In this document: one piece after another, positions 28,801 through 37,487 of the stretch
Numbering within the stretch: the first letter of the stretch is position 1
How the letters are laid out: each line of letters begins with the position of its first letter
From: Candidatus Eiseniibacteriota bacterium
GTDB taxonomy: Bacteria > Eisenbacteria > RBG-16-71-46 > CAZAMP01
Direction: 5' to 3'
Assembly: GCA_965224245.1 (NCBI GenBank)
Contig: OZ245046.1
Location: forward strand, 5,115,583-5,179,582
Length of the DNA stretch: 64,000 nt
The notes under the pieces: generated by a model
What the model was told of the DNA's origin: nothing
Seen by the model: only the letters and a program-made list of their open reading frames with translations
Database searches by the model: none
Program-made: the position numbers and the translations under genes

Positions 28801-29028
28801 GTACGCGAGGTCGCCGCTGACGACGATGTCCTCGACGTCCGTACCGAACAGTGCCTGGCCGACCCGGTGTGCGTACGCACCGTAGTCGATGCACTGGGCG
28901 CCGGCGTCCCGCGGCAGGCTCAACGGGAGAACGCCGACACCGAGAGCCACGATCCAGGTCCGGGCGGCTCCGAGGGAGCATTCGCGAACACGCGCCAGTG
29001 GCGCGACGCGACGTGTGTGCTGGCTCAT
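25882..29028 (-). CDS. Large secreted protein with LVIVD repeats, Kelch-type repeats and a FlgD/T9SS-type C-terminal domain
   Basis: More than 10 repeats of the form Y-V-A-x-x-x-x-G-L-x-I-(L/V/I)-D-V-(S/T)-D-P-x-x-P. These are followed by Kelch-like units (PSPRSGHATAYD...LVLFGG, RSGHQMVY.., ARGHHRMAYD..) and the C-terminus FDVGGALVRVL...WDGRDHRGEVVPAGVYYYRLRAG. Confidence 0.85.
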   Translation of the reverse strand: MSQHTRRVAPLARVRECSLGAARTWIVALGVGVLPLSLPRDAGAQCIDYGAYAHRVGQALFGTDVEDIVVSGDLAYVAAAEAGLVILDVTDPTAPVVVGSVDTPGWAFGVDVVGGLAYVGDGPAGFRIVDVSDPAAPTLRGVSATPGDAFDVEVSGTAAFVADFSDGLHVFDVSDPDAPTEVATVPFVDAYTVGLAVSGSLVYVPTQSGTLHVIEASDPALAYEIGSVPLAGIGRDVVLDGDIAYVAGVYFFETFDVSDPTNPTALGSLPGTSDVVDVAVSDGIVYAALAGGICIMDVTDPSAPEVAYEVDVLGEMGRGIDVASGTVYVTVNYPHDEGHVETLDVAPPVAVEPVGFIDAYTSAYAVAVVDDNAFLATPAEGLAIVDVSDPTAPTVLLEAASPASASDVEIVGPLAYVAALAEGLVILDVSNPLTPVALGSVVTPGSAAGVDVVGTYAYVADDLGDLQVIDVSDPNAPAIVGSAAVPGQAWRVDVVGTMAYVARENGGLEVVDVGDPSAPLHVAGLTWVDAEAHDIEVVGSTAFIADGYLGLQIIDVSDPLAPVLVDTYRTPAGAVGVAIDGDVAYVSYGANTNHDRGIEVLDVGDPAAVQRIGAAAIAWVPTDLVTFGENLYVATAEGLAILPEHCDSAERCLGMPVWTERAAGPSPRSGHATAYDAARDELVLFGGFDGTSRLDDTWVWSGEAWSERMPAVRPPARSSASMVYDAVREVIVMISGSGASGNLDDTWEWDGESWTYVTDTGPALRSVGLAYDAARGVTVLYGGDSGSGRSDSTFEYDGVTWTRVIQSSPPGSRSGHQMVYASARGHIHMFGGILPGGDESDAHWSYDGATWTSLGTAGPSARGHHRMAYDADCDVVYVHGGVADGLYLSDAWLSDGTSWELLDDEVSPVARRLHSADVVPGRGLVVLGGDAGGVLGDVWIRGDALLHGPEVAAPAARRLGARAVPSPFRVSTSIRFSTAESGPVRCDVFDVGGALVRVLETDARSDPGPRSLRWDGRDHRGEVVPAGVYYYRLRAGRSTTGGRVVVVR

Positions 29029-29163
29029 GAGATCCTCCTGACGCCGTCCGCTGTCGGCGCAAGCGGGCGCGCGACGCGGTCACGGTCTCTGGAGAATCGA
29101 GCGCAAACACGCCCCGAAACCCGACACGGGGATCAGCGAAACCGGTAACACAATGTCAGTGAG

Positions 29164-30870
29164 TCAAATACGGGCCTGGAAGGTGTAGAGCCGGTGGTAT
29201 CGCCCGCCGGCGGCGATGAGCGCCTCGTGGGTGCCCCGCTCGACGATGCTGCCGTCCTCGATCACGAGGATCTGGTCGGCCCGCCGGATGGTGCTGAGGC
29301 GGTGGGCGATCACGAACACCGTGCGGCCGCGCATCAGCTGCTCGAGGCTCTCCTGGATGTAACGCTCGCTCTCGGTGTCGAGGTTGGACGTGGCCTCGTC
29401 GAGGATGAGCACCCGAGGATCGGCGAGAACGGCCCGCGCGATCGCCACGCGCTGGCGCTGTCCGCCGGAGAGCTTGACGCCGCGCTCGCCGATCACCGTG
29501 TCGAGCCCCTCGTCGAAGTCGGTGGCGAAGTCGTTCACGTACGCGGCCTCGGCGGCGGCGATCACCTCGTCGCCGGGCGCGCCGGGACGTCCGAAGGAGA
29601 TGTTCTCGCGGATCGTACCCTCGAAGAGGAAGTCGTCCTGGAGCACGACCGCGAGCTGGCGCCGGTAGCTCCCGAGATCGATCGTCGCCAGGTCGACACC
29701 GTCCACGGTCACCCTCCCGCGCGTGGGGACGAGGAACGAGGCAGCGAGGCCGGCCATCGTCGTCTTGCCGGACCCCGAGCTTCCCACGAGCGCGGTGACG
29801 GTGCCCGGCGGCGCCTCAAACGAGATGTCCTGCAGCACCTCGCGCTCGGCCTCGTACGCGAACGAGACGTCGTCGAACACGATGCGCCCGTCCACGGGGC
29901 CGATCGACACCGTGCGGCTCGCGTCGTCGCTCTCGCGGAGCTCGCGCAGCACCTCCTCGGTGCGATCGAGCCCGGCCATGGATTCGGTGAGCTGGGTCCC
30001 GATGCCGGCGATCTGGGCGATCGGGCTGACCAGGAACGCCAGGTACATCGTGAACGCGAAGAAGTCGCCCACCGTCATCTCGCCCGCCATGATGAGCCGT
30101 CCGCCCAGTCCCATGATCAGGATGCTCGCGACCCCCATCAGCAGGGTCGCGGACGCGGTGACGAGGCTCGTGGCGGTCAGGCTCCTGGCCACGTTGCGAA
30201 AGAGCCGCATCGCGCCGTCCACGAAGATCCGCTTCTCGGACTCCTCGGCGTGGAAGCCTTTGATCACGCGCACGCCGCCGAGCGACTCGGTCAGGCGTCC
30301 GGTGACGTCGGCGCGGATCTTGCCGCGCTCGCGGAAGATCGGCCGGATGGCCTTGAAGGCGTATGCCGACACGCCCGAGAAGATCACGAGCGGCACGATC
30401 GCGACCAGCGTCATCTGCGCGTTCAGTCGAAGCAGGATCACGAACGCGGCGATCGCCGTCAGGAGACCGCCCACGAGCTGCACGAGACCGGTGCCCACGA
30501 GGTTCCGGACCCCTTCGACGTCGGACATGATGCGGGACACGAGCACGCCCGACTTCGTGTCGTCGAAGTAGCTGACCGGAAGATGGATGACGTGCGCCTG
30601 CACCTCGGTCCGGAGCTCCGCGATCAGCCGGTGTGCCTCGACCGCGAGAAGCCGTGTCAGCGCGAACGAGGTCACGGCCTGGATGGTGATCGCCAATCCG
30701 ACCACCCAGAGGAGCTTCCAGAGGAGCACGGTGTCGGAGTGCGCCACCACGTCGTCGATGAAGATCTTGGTCGAGCCGGGGAGCACGAGGCCCATGGCTC
30801 GGTTGACCGTGATCAGCACCAGGCCGACCAGGAGCCGTCCGCGTCGGGGCCAGATGAACCGGCGAAACAC
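29164..30870 (-). CDS. ABC exporter, fused permease/ATPase (MsbA/ABCB-like)
   Basis: Six-TM N-terminal domain, Walker A GSSGSGKTT, signature LSGGQRQR and Walker B ILILDEATS. Confidence 0.9.
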   Translation of the reverse strand: MFRRFIWPRRGRLLVGLVLITVNRAMGLVLPGSTKIFIDDVVAHSDTVLLWKLLWVVGLAITIQAVTSFALTRLLAVEAHRLIAELRTEVQAHVIHLPVSYFDDTKSGVLVSRIMSDVEGVRNLVGTGLVQLVGGLLTAIAAFVILLRLNAQMTLVAIVPLVIFSGVSAYAFKAIRPIFRERGKIRADVTGRLTESLGGVRVIKGFHAEESEKRIFVDGAMRLFRNVARSLTATSLVTASATLLMGVASILIMGLGGRLIMAGEMTVGDFFAFTMYLAFLVSPIAQIAGIGTQLTESMAGLDRTEEVLRELRESDDASRTVSIGPVDGRIVFDDVSFAYEAEREVLQDISFEAPPGTVTALVGSSGSGKTTMAGLAASFLVPTRGRVTVDGVDLATIDLGSYRRQLAVVLQDDFLFEGTIRENISFGRPGAPGDEVIAAAEAAYVNDFATDFDEGLDTVIGERGVKLSGGQRQRVAIARAVLADPRVLILDEATSNLDTESERYIQESLEQLMRGRTVFVIAHRLSTIRRADQILVIEDGSIVERGTHEALIAAGGRYHRLYTFQARI

Positions 30871-30995
30871 GTGGCGGACGTTCGAGAGCGAGGCGCGCGG
30901 GTCCGAGGGGGGCTCACGGTCGCCGGATGGCGCGGGAGCATCGGAGGGCGGCGGACCGGTCCGGGCGGTCGCGGCGGCCGGCGCGCGTGACGAAC

Positions 30996-32522
30996 TCAGC
31001 GGAGGCGGACCACGGTGCCGGGAACGCTGGCGCCGCCGGTCGTGACGCGGGTGTAGTAGATGCCCGGTGGCGCGACGAGTCCGACCGCGTCGCGGCCGTC
31101 CCAGACGATGCCGGCGCTACCGGTGCCCGTGAGCGTCCGGACGTGACGTCCACCGACCGAGAAGAGCTCGACGCGCACGTCTGCCGTGTCGCCGCCGGGC
31201 GGCACCAGCATCGTCGACGCCCGGAACGGATTGGGCACCGCCCGCGTGACTGCGGCGCCCGCCGTCGCGACATCGGGTGCGGCCACCGTCGTGACGTACA
31301 CGAGCGTCGTGTTCAGGTTCACGCGGCCGTAGCCGTAGTAGTCGTCGCGACCGGGGAGATCCTGGGCCGGAGAGCCGACCTCGTCCTCGGCGCCGGCGAT
31401 CAGGAACGTGCGGAACACGTCGTGCGTCATGGCCGGGTCGAGCGCCCGGGCCAGCGCCGCGATGCCCGACACGATGGGCGTCGCCGCCGAGCAGCCCGAG
31501 AAGAGATCCCGGTCGTCGACCTCGCTGCCGTAGGCGACCGTGATGACGCTGTTGCCAGGCGCGACCACGTCGAGGCTGGCCCCGGTGGCCGAGGAGCCGG
31601 AACGCCAGTCGTCGTCGCGCGTCCAGCCCACCGAGATCGTGTGCGGCGACGCGCCGGGCCACGTGTCGTCGGCGCCACCGATCCCATCGTTGCCACCGCA
31701 GGCGACCAGAATGGCCCCGTTGTCCCGTGCGCCGGCCAGCGCGTCCTCGAGCGCGGTGACGTTGGGGTAGTTGATCAGGCTCATGTTCACGACGTCCACG
31801 TCCCGGCTCGCGACGTAGTCCAGCGCCTGGATGAGGCTGAACGTGGTTCCGATGAGGTTCTCGTCGAGAACGCGCACCGGCATCAGCGAGCAGCCGTGGT
31901 CGACCCCGGCGACCCCGAAGTCGTTGTCGGCGTCGGCGGCCAGCAGTCCGGCCACGTGAGTTCCGTGCCCGTGGAGGTCGTTGGGATTCGGATCGGTGTC
32001 GACGAAGTCGAAGCCGGCGACGATGCGCCCGGCGAACTCCGGATGATCCAGCTCGATGCCGGAGTCCAGCACCGCCACGACGACGTCGCCCGAGCCGCGC
32101 GTGATCTCCCAGCCCTCGGTGGCGTCGATGTCCGCATCGGCCTCGCCGCCGGACTGACCGGTGTTGTCGAGGTGCCACTGCTCGTCGAAGTAGGTGTCGC
32201 CGGGGAGGATCTCGCCGCCCGTGCCCGTGTAGTTGGGCATCGCGGAGACCACGAGCGGATCGCGCTCGAGCGCATCCAGCGTCGCCATGAAGTCGCGCCC
32301 CTCGGGCACGCTCACGAGGGCCAGCGATCGCGGCGGGTGAGTGCGCTCCAGCGTCACCCCGACCCGGTCGGCCACGTCGTGAACGACGGACTCGGAAGGC
32401 GATCCGGCGAACGAGACGATGATCTCGTCATGGACGTATGGGTAATCGAGGATCTCGGTCGCCGACGCGGACCCGGCAGCGAGCGCGGCGATCGCGACGG
32501 TCGTCGTGAGGCATGAGTACAT
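30996..32522 (-). CDS. S8 family (subtilisin-like) serine peptidase with a FlgD/T9SS-type C-terminal domain
   Basis: Catalytic triad context VAVLDSGI (Asp), HGTHVAGLL (His) and SGCSAATPIVSG (Ser). Signal peptide is MYSCLTTTVAIAALAAGSASA with GGGAGG upstream. C-terminus is NPFRASTML...ELFSVGGRHVRTL..WDGRD..PPGIYYTRV. Confidence 0.9.
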   Translation of the reverse strand: MYSCLTTTVAIAALAAGSASATEILDYPYVHDEIIVSFAGSPSESVVHDVADRVGVTLERTHPPRSLALVSVPEGRDFMATLDALERDPLVVSAMPNYTGTGGEILPGDTYFDEQWHLDNTGQSGGEADADIDATEGWEITRGSGDVVVAVLDSGIELDHPEFAGRIVAGFDFVDTDPNPNDLHGHGTHVAGLLAADADNDFGVAGVDHGCSLMPVRVLDENLIGTTFSLIQALDYVASRDVDVVNMSLINYPNVTALEDALAGARDNGAILVACGGNDGIGGADDTWPGASPHTISVGWTRDDDWRSGSSATGASLDVVAPGNSVITVAYGSEVDDRDLFSGCSAATPIVSGIAALARALDPAMTHDVFRTFLIAGAEDEVGSPAQDLPGRDDYYGYGRVNLNTTLVYVTTVAAPDVATAGAAVTRAVPNPFRASTMLVPPGGDTADVRVELFSVGGRHVRTLTGTGSAGIVWDGRDAVGLVAPPGIYYTRVTTGGASVPGTVVRLR

Positions 32523-32736
32523 CGACAAGATCAGCCTCCCCGGAATGTCGATCGGCGAGCCAGCGGGCAATGTTGCATGGAGCATATCACGTTCGGGGCG
32601 GGTCCGCGTCTCCGGGGTTCCGGTCGAGGGCTGCCCCGATCGGGGCGGATCAGGCCGACCGATCCCGTCGCGCCCCTGGGACGGGCCACGATGCGACGTT
32701 GACGTGCGTGGCCCACGGAACGGAGACTCGGCGATC

Positions 32737-33420
32737 ATGAACGTGTCGATCCTGATCGTCGAGGACGATCCTCGCATCGCCGAGCTGGTCTCGAAGAACC
32801 TCGACTCGGCCGGGTTCGTGTGTCACGTCACGCACTCCGGTGACGATGCGCTCGCCCAGTTCGAGGCCAGACGGCCGGATCTCGTCGTTCTCGACATCAT
32901 GCTGCCCGGAATGGATGGCCTCGAGATCACGCGGCGCCTCCGACGGCATTCCGACGTGCCCATCCTGATGCTGACCGCGCGTGCGGGCGAGGGCGACAAG
33001 GTCCTCGGATTCGAGCTCGGGGCCGACGACTACCTGACCAAGCCCTTCAGCACCCGCGAGCTGGTCGCACGGGTCCGCGCCCTGTTGCGCCGCACGTCGG
33101 CGGGCGGCCGGACCGGGGTGATCCGGCGCGGCGATCTCGTCGTGGATCCCGACCGGCGGGAGGTTCGCCGCGGCGACGAGGTCGTGCCGCTGACCACGCT
33201 GGAGTTCGATCTCCTCCTGGTGATGGCGACCCGGCCGGGGCGCGTGTTCTCGCGCGAGGCGCTGCTCTCCCATGTCTGGGGCTACGATCGCGTCGTGGAC
33301 GGCAGGTCGATCGACAGCCTCGTGAGCCGGCTGCGCCGAAAGCTGGAGGCCGATCCCGGGCATCCGACGTACGTGCAGACCGTCTGGGGGGCCGGGTACC
33401 GCTTCGCGGACGTTCCATGA
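32737..33420 (+). CDS. OmpR/PhoB-family response regulator
   Basis: Receiver domain (ILIVEDDP...[14 protein letters not shown]...LTAR) and a winged-helix C-terminus (...[11 protein letters not shown]). Confidence 0.9.
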   Translation: MNVSILIVEDDPRIAELVSKNLDSAGFVCHVTHSGDDALAQFEARRPDLVVLDIMLPGMDGLEITRRLRRHSDVPILMLTARAGEGDKVLGFELGADDYLTKPFSTRELVARVRALLRRTSAGGRTGVIRRGDLVVDPDRREVRRGDEVVPLTTLEFDLLLVMATRPGRVFSREALLSHVWGYDRVVDGRSIDSLVSRLRRKLEADPGHPTYVQTVWGAGYRFADVP

Positions 33421-34919
33421 GAGTCCTCTTCCGCTCGCCGAGCCTGTTTCTGACGCTGGCCGGTGCGTTCCTCGGAGCGCTCGCGATGACCGTGCTGGCC
33501 ATGGTGGTCGCGCTGTCGGCCATCGTGAAGCCGTGGATCGATCGGTCGATGTCCGATCGCGCGCGACTCGATCTCCAGGCCGTCGCGGCCGAGCTCGGTA
33601 GCCTGCCCCCCGGCAGCGGCGAGCGAGAGGTCGCGGCGGTGCTGGCCCGACACGGCCGAGAGCCCGCGCCCGGCATCGGCCAGCACGACGTCCGGCTGGT
33701 GGTGTACGTGGATCGGGCCGGACGCCTCGTGCACCCCGGTCCGGTTCCGGGGAGCGTGCGACCCGTCCTGGAGCGCGAGCTCGGCGTCACGCTCCCGGCC
33801 TTCCCGCGCGGTCCGCGTGGACGCGCGGGCCGGGGCGGGTCACGTGACAGCCTGATCGCCGGTGGTCGCGGGGGACGCCCGGTCGAGTGGCGGCTCTGGG
33901 CCCGGCTCGCCCTCCCGGAGACCGGCCCGTTCCCGGGCGAGCTGGCGTCGTTCGGCCCCGACGTGCCCGATCGCCTCTGGCCGCGCGGGCTCCCCCGGCC
34001 GTTCGTGATCCTGATCCCGATCGCCGTCCTGGTCTCGATCGGGGTGGGGCTCCTGGTGTTCCGCGCGATCGTGGCCCGTCTGCGCGTGCTCGAGGCCCTG
34101 GCCGGGCGCGTCGCCGAGGGCGATCTGAGCTCTCGTGCCGGCGAGCTCGGACGGGACGAGATCGGCCGCCTGGCGGCCCGGTTCGACGCGATGACAGCCG
34201 CCCTGGCCGAGGCGCGCGAGCGGGTGGACGCCAGTGACCGCGGCCGCCGCCAGCTTCTGGCCGACATCACGCACGAGCTGGCGACGCCGCTCACGTCGAT
34301 CCGCGGCTACGCCGAGACGATGCTGGACGCCGGGGTCACGGTCTCCGACGACGAGCGGCGGACGTACCTCGGCTACGTGCTCGAGGAGGCGCAGCGGATG
34401 GACGTCCTGATCCAAGATCTTCTGGATCTGACGCGTCTGGAGGCGGATGCGGCTCCACTCGACGGCGTGCGGCTCGACTGGACCGAGCTGTGCCGCCACA
34501 CGGTCGCGCGTTTCGGGTCCCGCTACCGGGCTGCCGGCCGGCACCTCGAGTGGTCGGGCGACTCGACCCCGATCCCGGTCGTGGCCGAGGGACGGCGTCT
34601 GGAACAGCTCCTGGACAACCTCCTGGCGAACGGCCTCCGGCACGTTCCGGAGGGCGGCCATGTGTGGGTGAGCCTGACCGACGGAGTGACCCACGCCACC
34701 CTGACCGTGTCCGATGATGGGCCGGGGATCCCAGAGGCCGATCTGCCCCGGGTGTTCGAGCGGTTCTACCGCGCCGACCCCGCCCGGGCGACCCCGGGGA
34801 CCGGCCTGGGGCTTGCGATCGTCAAGCGAATTGCCGAACGTCATGGAGGACGCGTGTGGGCCGAGGGACGTGTACCCTCCGGCGCGTGTATTCAGGTGGA
34901 GCTTCCGAAAGCCCCGTGA
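33417..34919 (+). CDS. Sensor histidine kinase (two TM helices, HAMP, HisKA, HATPase_c)
   Basis: ATGA overlap with the regulator gene. H-box is [15 protein letters not shown]1 and G2 boxes are present ([26 protein letters not shown]). Confidence 0.9.
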   Translation: MRVLFRSPSLFLTLAGAFLGALAMTVLAMVVALSAIVKPWIDRSMSDRARLDLQAVAAELGSLPPGSGEREVAAVLARHGREPAPGIGQHDVRLVVYVDRAGRLVHPGPVPGSVRPVLERELGVTLPAFPRGPRGRAGRGGSRDSLIAGGRGGRPVEWRLWARLALPETGPFPGELASFGPDVPDRLWPRGLPRPFVILIPIAVLVSIGVGLLVFRAIVARLRVLEALAGRVAEGDLSSRAGELGRDEIGRLAARFDAMTAALAEARERVDASDRGRRQLLADITHELATPLTSIRGYAETMLDAGVTVSDDERRTYLGYVLEEAQRMDVLIQDLLDLTRLEADAAPLDGVRLDWTELCRHTVARFGSRYRAAGRHLEWSGDSTPIPVVAEGRRLEQLLDNLLANGLRHVPEGGHVWVSLTDGVTHATLTVSDDGPGIPEADLPRVFERFYRADPARATPGTGLGLAIVKRIAERHGGRVWAEGRVPSGACIQVELPKAP

Positions 34920-34924
34920 TCGGC

Positions 34925-34978
34925 CCGATCGCGTCGATCGACTCGATCGTGTCGATCGGCTCGATCGCGTCGATCGTC
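34925..34978. repeat. Six tandem 9-bp units with a TCGATCG core
   Basis: ccgatcgcg tcgatcgac tcgatcgtg tcgatcggc tcgatcgcg tcgatcgtc. The array lies directly after the kinase stop and about 84 nt upstream of the ompA-like start. Confidence 0.85.
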
Positions 34979-35061
34979 TCCTCCGACGGTCGATCGGGGA
35001 TCGGCAGCGGGGCGGATCCCCCGGAAGCACCATCGCACATCGATATCAGGAGGAAGACGTC

Positions 35062-35712
35062 ATGAAGCGGATCGTGATCGTATCGTGCATTGTGGCGGTG
35101 GCGGTGGCGAGCTTCGGGTGTTCGTCCAAGAAGGGCACCGGCGCGCTGATCGGTGCCGGGGCCGGTGCCGCGGCCGGGGCGGCGATCGGGAACAACAACG
35201 GCAACACCGCTCTCGGCGCGATCATCGGCGCCGCGGTCGGCGGTGCGGCCGGCGCCGCGATCGGCTCCTACATGGACAACCAGGCCGAGGAGCTCGAGCA
35301 GATCCCCGGCGCGCGCGTCGAGCGCGTCGGCGAGGGCATTCACATCGTGTTCGACTCGGGCATCCTGTTCGCGGTGGATTCGTCCGACCTGACCGGTGAG
35401 GCGAAGGGCAACCTCGGGCGCATGGCGACCGTGCTCAACAAGTACCCCGACACCGAGCTGCGCATCGAGGGCCACACCGACAGCACCGGCGAGGACGCGT
35501 ACAATCAGGCGCTGTCGCGGCGTCGCGCGCAGTCGGTCAAGAGCTACCTAGGCGCGAACGCCGTGCGCTCGGCCCGCATGGTCACGTTCGGCTACGGCGA
35601 GTCCGCGCCGGCGGCCGACAACTCGACGTCGGCCGGACGGGCCCAGAACCGCCGCGTCGAGGTGGCCATCGTGGCCAACGACGAGCTGAAGGAGCGCTAC
35701 GGCGCGGGCTAG
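35062..35712 (+). CDS. OmpA-family lipoprotein with an N-terminal glycine-zipper segment
   Basis: Lipobox VASFGCS, a Gly/Ala zipper (GAGAGAAAGAAIG...), and an OmpA_C peptidoglycan-binding motif (RIEGHTDSTGEDAYNQALSRRRAQSV...NRRVEV). AGGAGGA lies upstream. Confidence 0.9.
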   Translation: MKRIVIVSCIVAVAVASFGCSSKKGTGALIGAGAGAAAGAAIGNNNGNTALGAIIGAAVGGAAGAAIGSYMDNQAEELEQIPGARVERVGEGIHIVFDSGILFAVDSSDLTGEAKGNLGRMATVLNKYPDTELRIEGHTDSTGEDAYNQALSRRRAQSVKSYLGANAVRSARMVTFGYGESAPAADNSTSAGRAQNRRVEVAIVANDELKERYGAG

Positions 35713-35932
35713 CACGTCGCTGTTCCGAGATCCGTCCGGGTGACCCATCCTCTCGCGTCACCCGGGCGGGATTTGCGAGCTGGACGTCACATCTCTGTCA
35801 CATCTCGAGCGTACAACTCACCGACGACGGGGGAGGGAGGACCCTCCATCCCCGGCGCCTCGCGTACAACGAGTACAACGAGACGGTGGATCGGTGGCGG
35901 TGCCGCCGGTCCCGCTGACAGGAGAGCCCACG

Positions 35933-37156
35933 ATGCGACGATCCACTCCACTCACCATGCTGGCGACGCTCGCCACGGCCGCTACGTTTGCGCTCGCGAC
36001 CCAGGGCTGTGACGAGTCCGACGCCGATTCGGCCGTGTCGCCGGTCGATGCCGATCGGCTCGGCCAGTCGTCCTCCGCGGCGATCGGCGCGCCCGCGCTG
36101 CCGACGCTGGCCGATCTGGACGCGCGCCTCGACCTGTCCGACACGCAGGAGACCGCGCTGGCCGCGCTGCTGGCCGACTGGGCCGAGACGCGGGACGCTC
36201 GCGGTCCACGTGGCCCACGCGGTGATCGACCGCACGACGGTGGTCCCGGCTACGGACGTCGGGCTCGCGCCGGCGGAGCGGACTGCCCGACCGATGATGC
36301 CATGCTCCGCCGTGGTCGCCGCGACGGTTGCGGCGAAGGTCGACCCGACGGGGCCGGGGGTCAGGGAGGTCCCGGACAGGGCCTCGGAAGTCCCGGCCAC
36401 GAACGTCCGATGGTGACGTTCCTGACCGGCTCGGCTCCGGTGCTGAGCGACGCGCAGATGCTCGCACTCGTCACGTTCCTGGTGGAGTGGCGCGACGCGG
36501 CTCGCGACGAGTTCGAGGGCACGGGTCCCGGCTCTGGACACGGCGGCCCCGGCCGCGGCGGTCCCGGTCGGATGCTCCTCCTCGGAGGCTCGCTCCGCGA
36601 CCTCGAGCTGACCGCCGACCAGCGCACGGCCGTGCGCGAGCTCGTGTCGACGTCGGCCGAGGCGTTGCGGGAACTCCTCGAGAGCGTCGCGAACGACGCG
36701 ATCACCGCCGAGGCGCTGCGCGACGCCGCCAAGGCCGTGTCCGCCGAGTTCGACACCGCGCTCGCGGATCTGATCGGCGCCGAGGCGTTCGCGACCGTTC
36801 TCGAGTCGCGCCTGGAACACCTGGCCACGATGGCCGAGCACCGGATCGATCGACTCGACGACATGGCCGAGCGTCGCCTCGAGCATCTCACGGCGATCCT
36901 GGAGCTGGACGAGGACCAGGTCGCGTCGGTGGGCGCGATCCTCGAGGCCGCGGTGGCGAGCATGGCCGCGACGCTCCAGTCGCTGGCCGACGGCTCGATC
37001 GATCAGTGGGACGCGATGTATGCGGCCTACGTGACCGCGAACGAGGTCGCCGAGTCCATCGCGCAGGTTCTCGACACCACTCGGGCGGAGCTCTTCGCCG
37101 CACTCCGGGATCTCGTCCCGATGCACGGGGGACCCGGTCCGCGCGGACGGCTCTGA
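35933..37156 (+). CDS. Lipoprotein with repeated LTXXQ-type motifs (Spy/CpxP/ZraP-like periplasmic protein)
   Basis: Lipobox ALATQGC. Motifs are LSDTQETAL, LSDAQMLAL, LTADQRTAV and LDEDQVASV, with Gly/Pro/Arg-rich linkers between them. The middle third has atypical codon third positions (see finding). Confidence 0.6.
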   Translation: MRRSTPLTMLATLATAATFALATQGCDESDADSAVSPVDADRLGQSSSAAIGAPALPTLADLDARLDLSDTQETALAALLADWAETRDARGPRGPRGDRPHDGGPGYGRRARAGGADCPTDDAMLRRGRRDGCGEGRPDGAGGQGGPGQGLGSPGHERPMVTFLTGSAPVLSDAQMLALVTFLVEWRDAARDEFEGTGPGSGHGGPGRGGPGRMLLLGGSLRDLELTADQRTAVRELVSTSAEALRELLESVANDAITAEALRDAAKAVSAEFDTALADLIGAEAFATVLESRLEHLATMAEHRIDRLDDMAERRLEHLTAILELDEDQVASVGAILEAAVASMAATLQSLADGSIDQWDAMYAAYVTANEVAESIAQVLDTTRAELFAALRDLVPMHGGPGPRGRL

Positions 37157-37487
37157 GCCGAACCCAGGACGCCCAGCCCCCGATCCCCGGGCGCCGCGGC
37201 GCCATCGACCTCCGGGTCGGTGGCGCCGCCTTTCGTCATGAAGGCCGACGCGGCGCGGAGATCCCCGTCGGGGCCGTTTGATCCCTGCACGGCGCGCAGT
37301 GATAATGTCGCTGGTACCCTCATCCGGACGAGCGAAACGGGTCCGTGCAGATCACGCGTGTCCTGACGAAGGTTCGGCGGCGATGCCGGTGCCCTCGAGC
37401 GCCCGTGCTCCCCCTCGTGGACGACGAGCGAGCCGATTCCGTCGAGGACGAGGCAGCCCGTGCGCGATCGGGAGCTCGTGACCCCGA

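Noticed and set aside
34925-34978. Whether the 9-bp repeat array could be a CRISPR or mini-CRISPR
   Set aside because: The units are contiguous with no spacers and are far too short. It is a simple tandem repeat.
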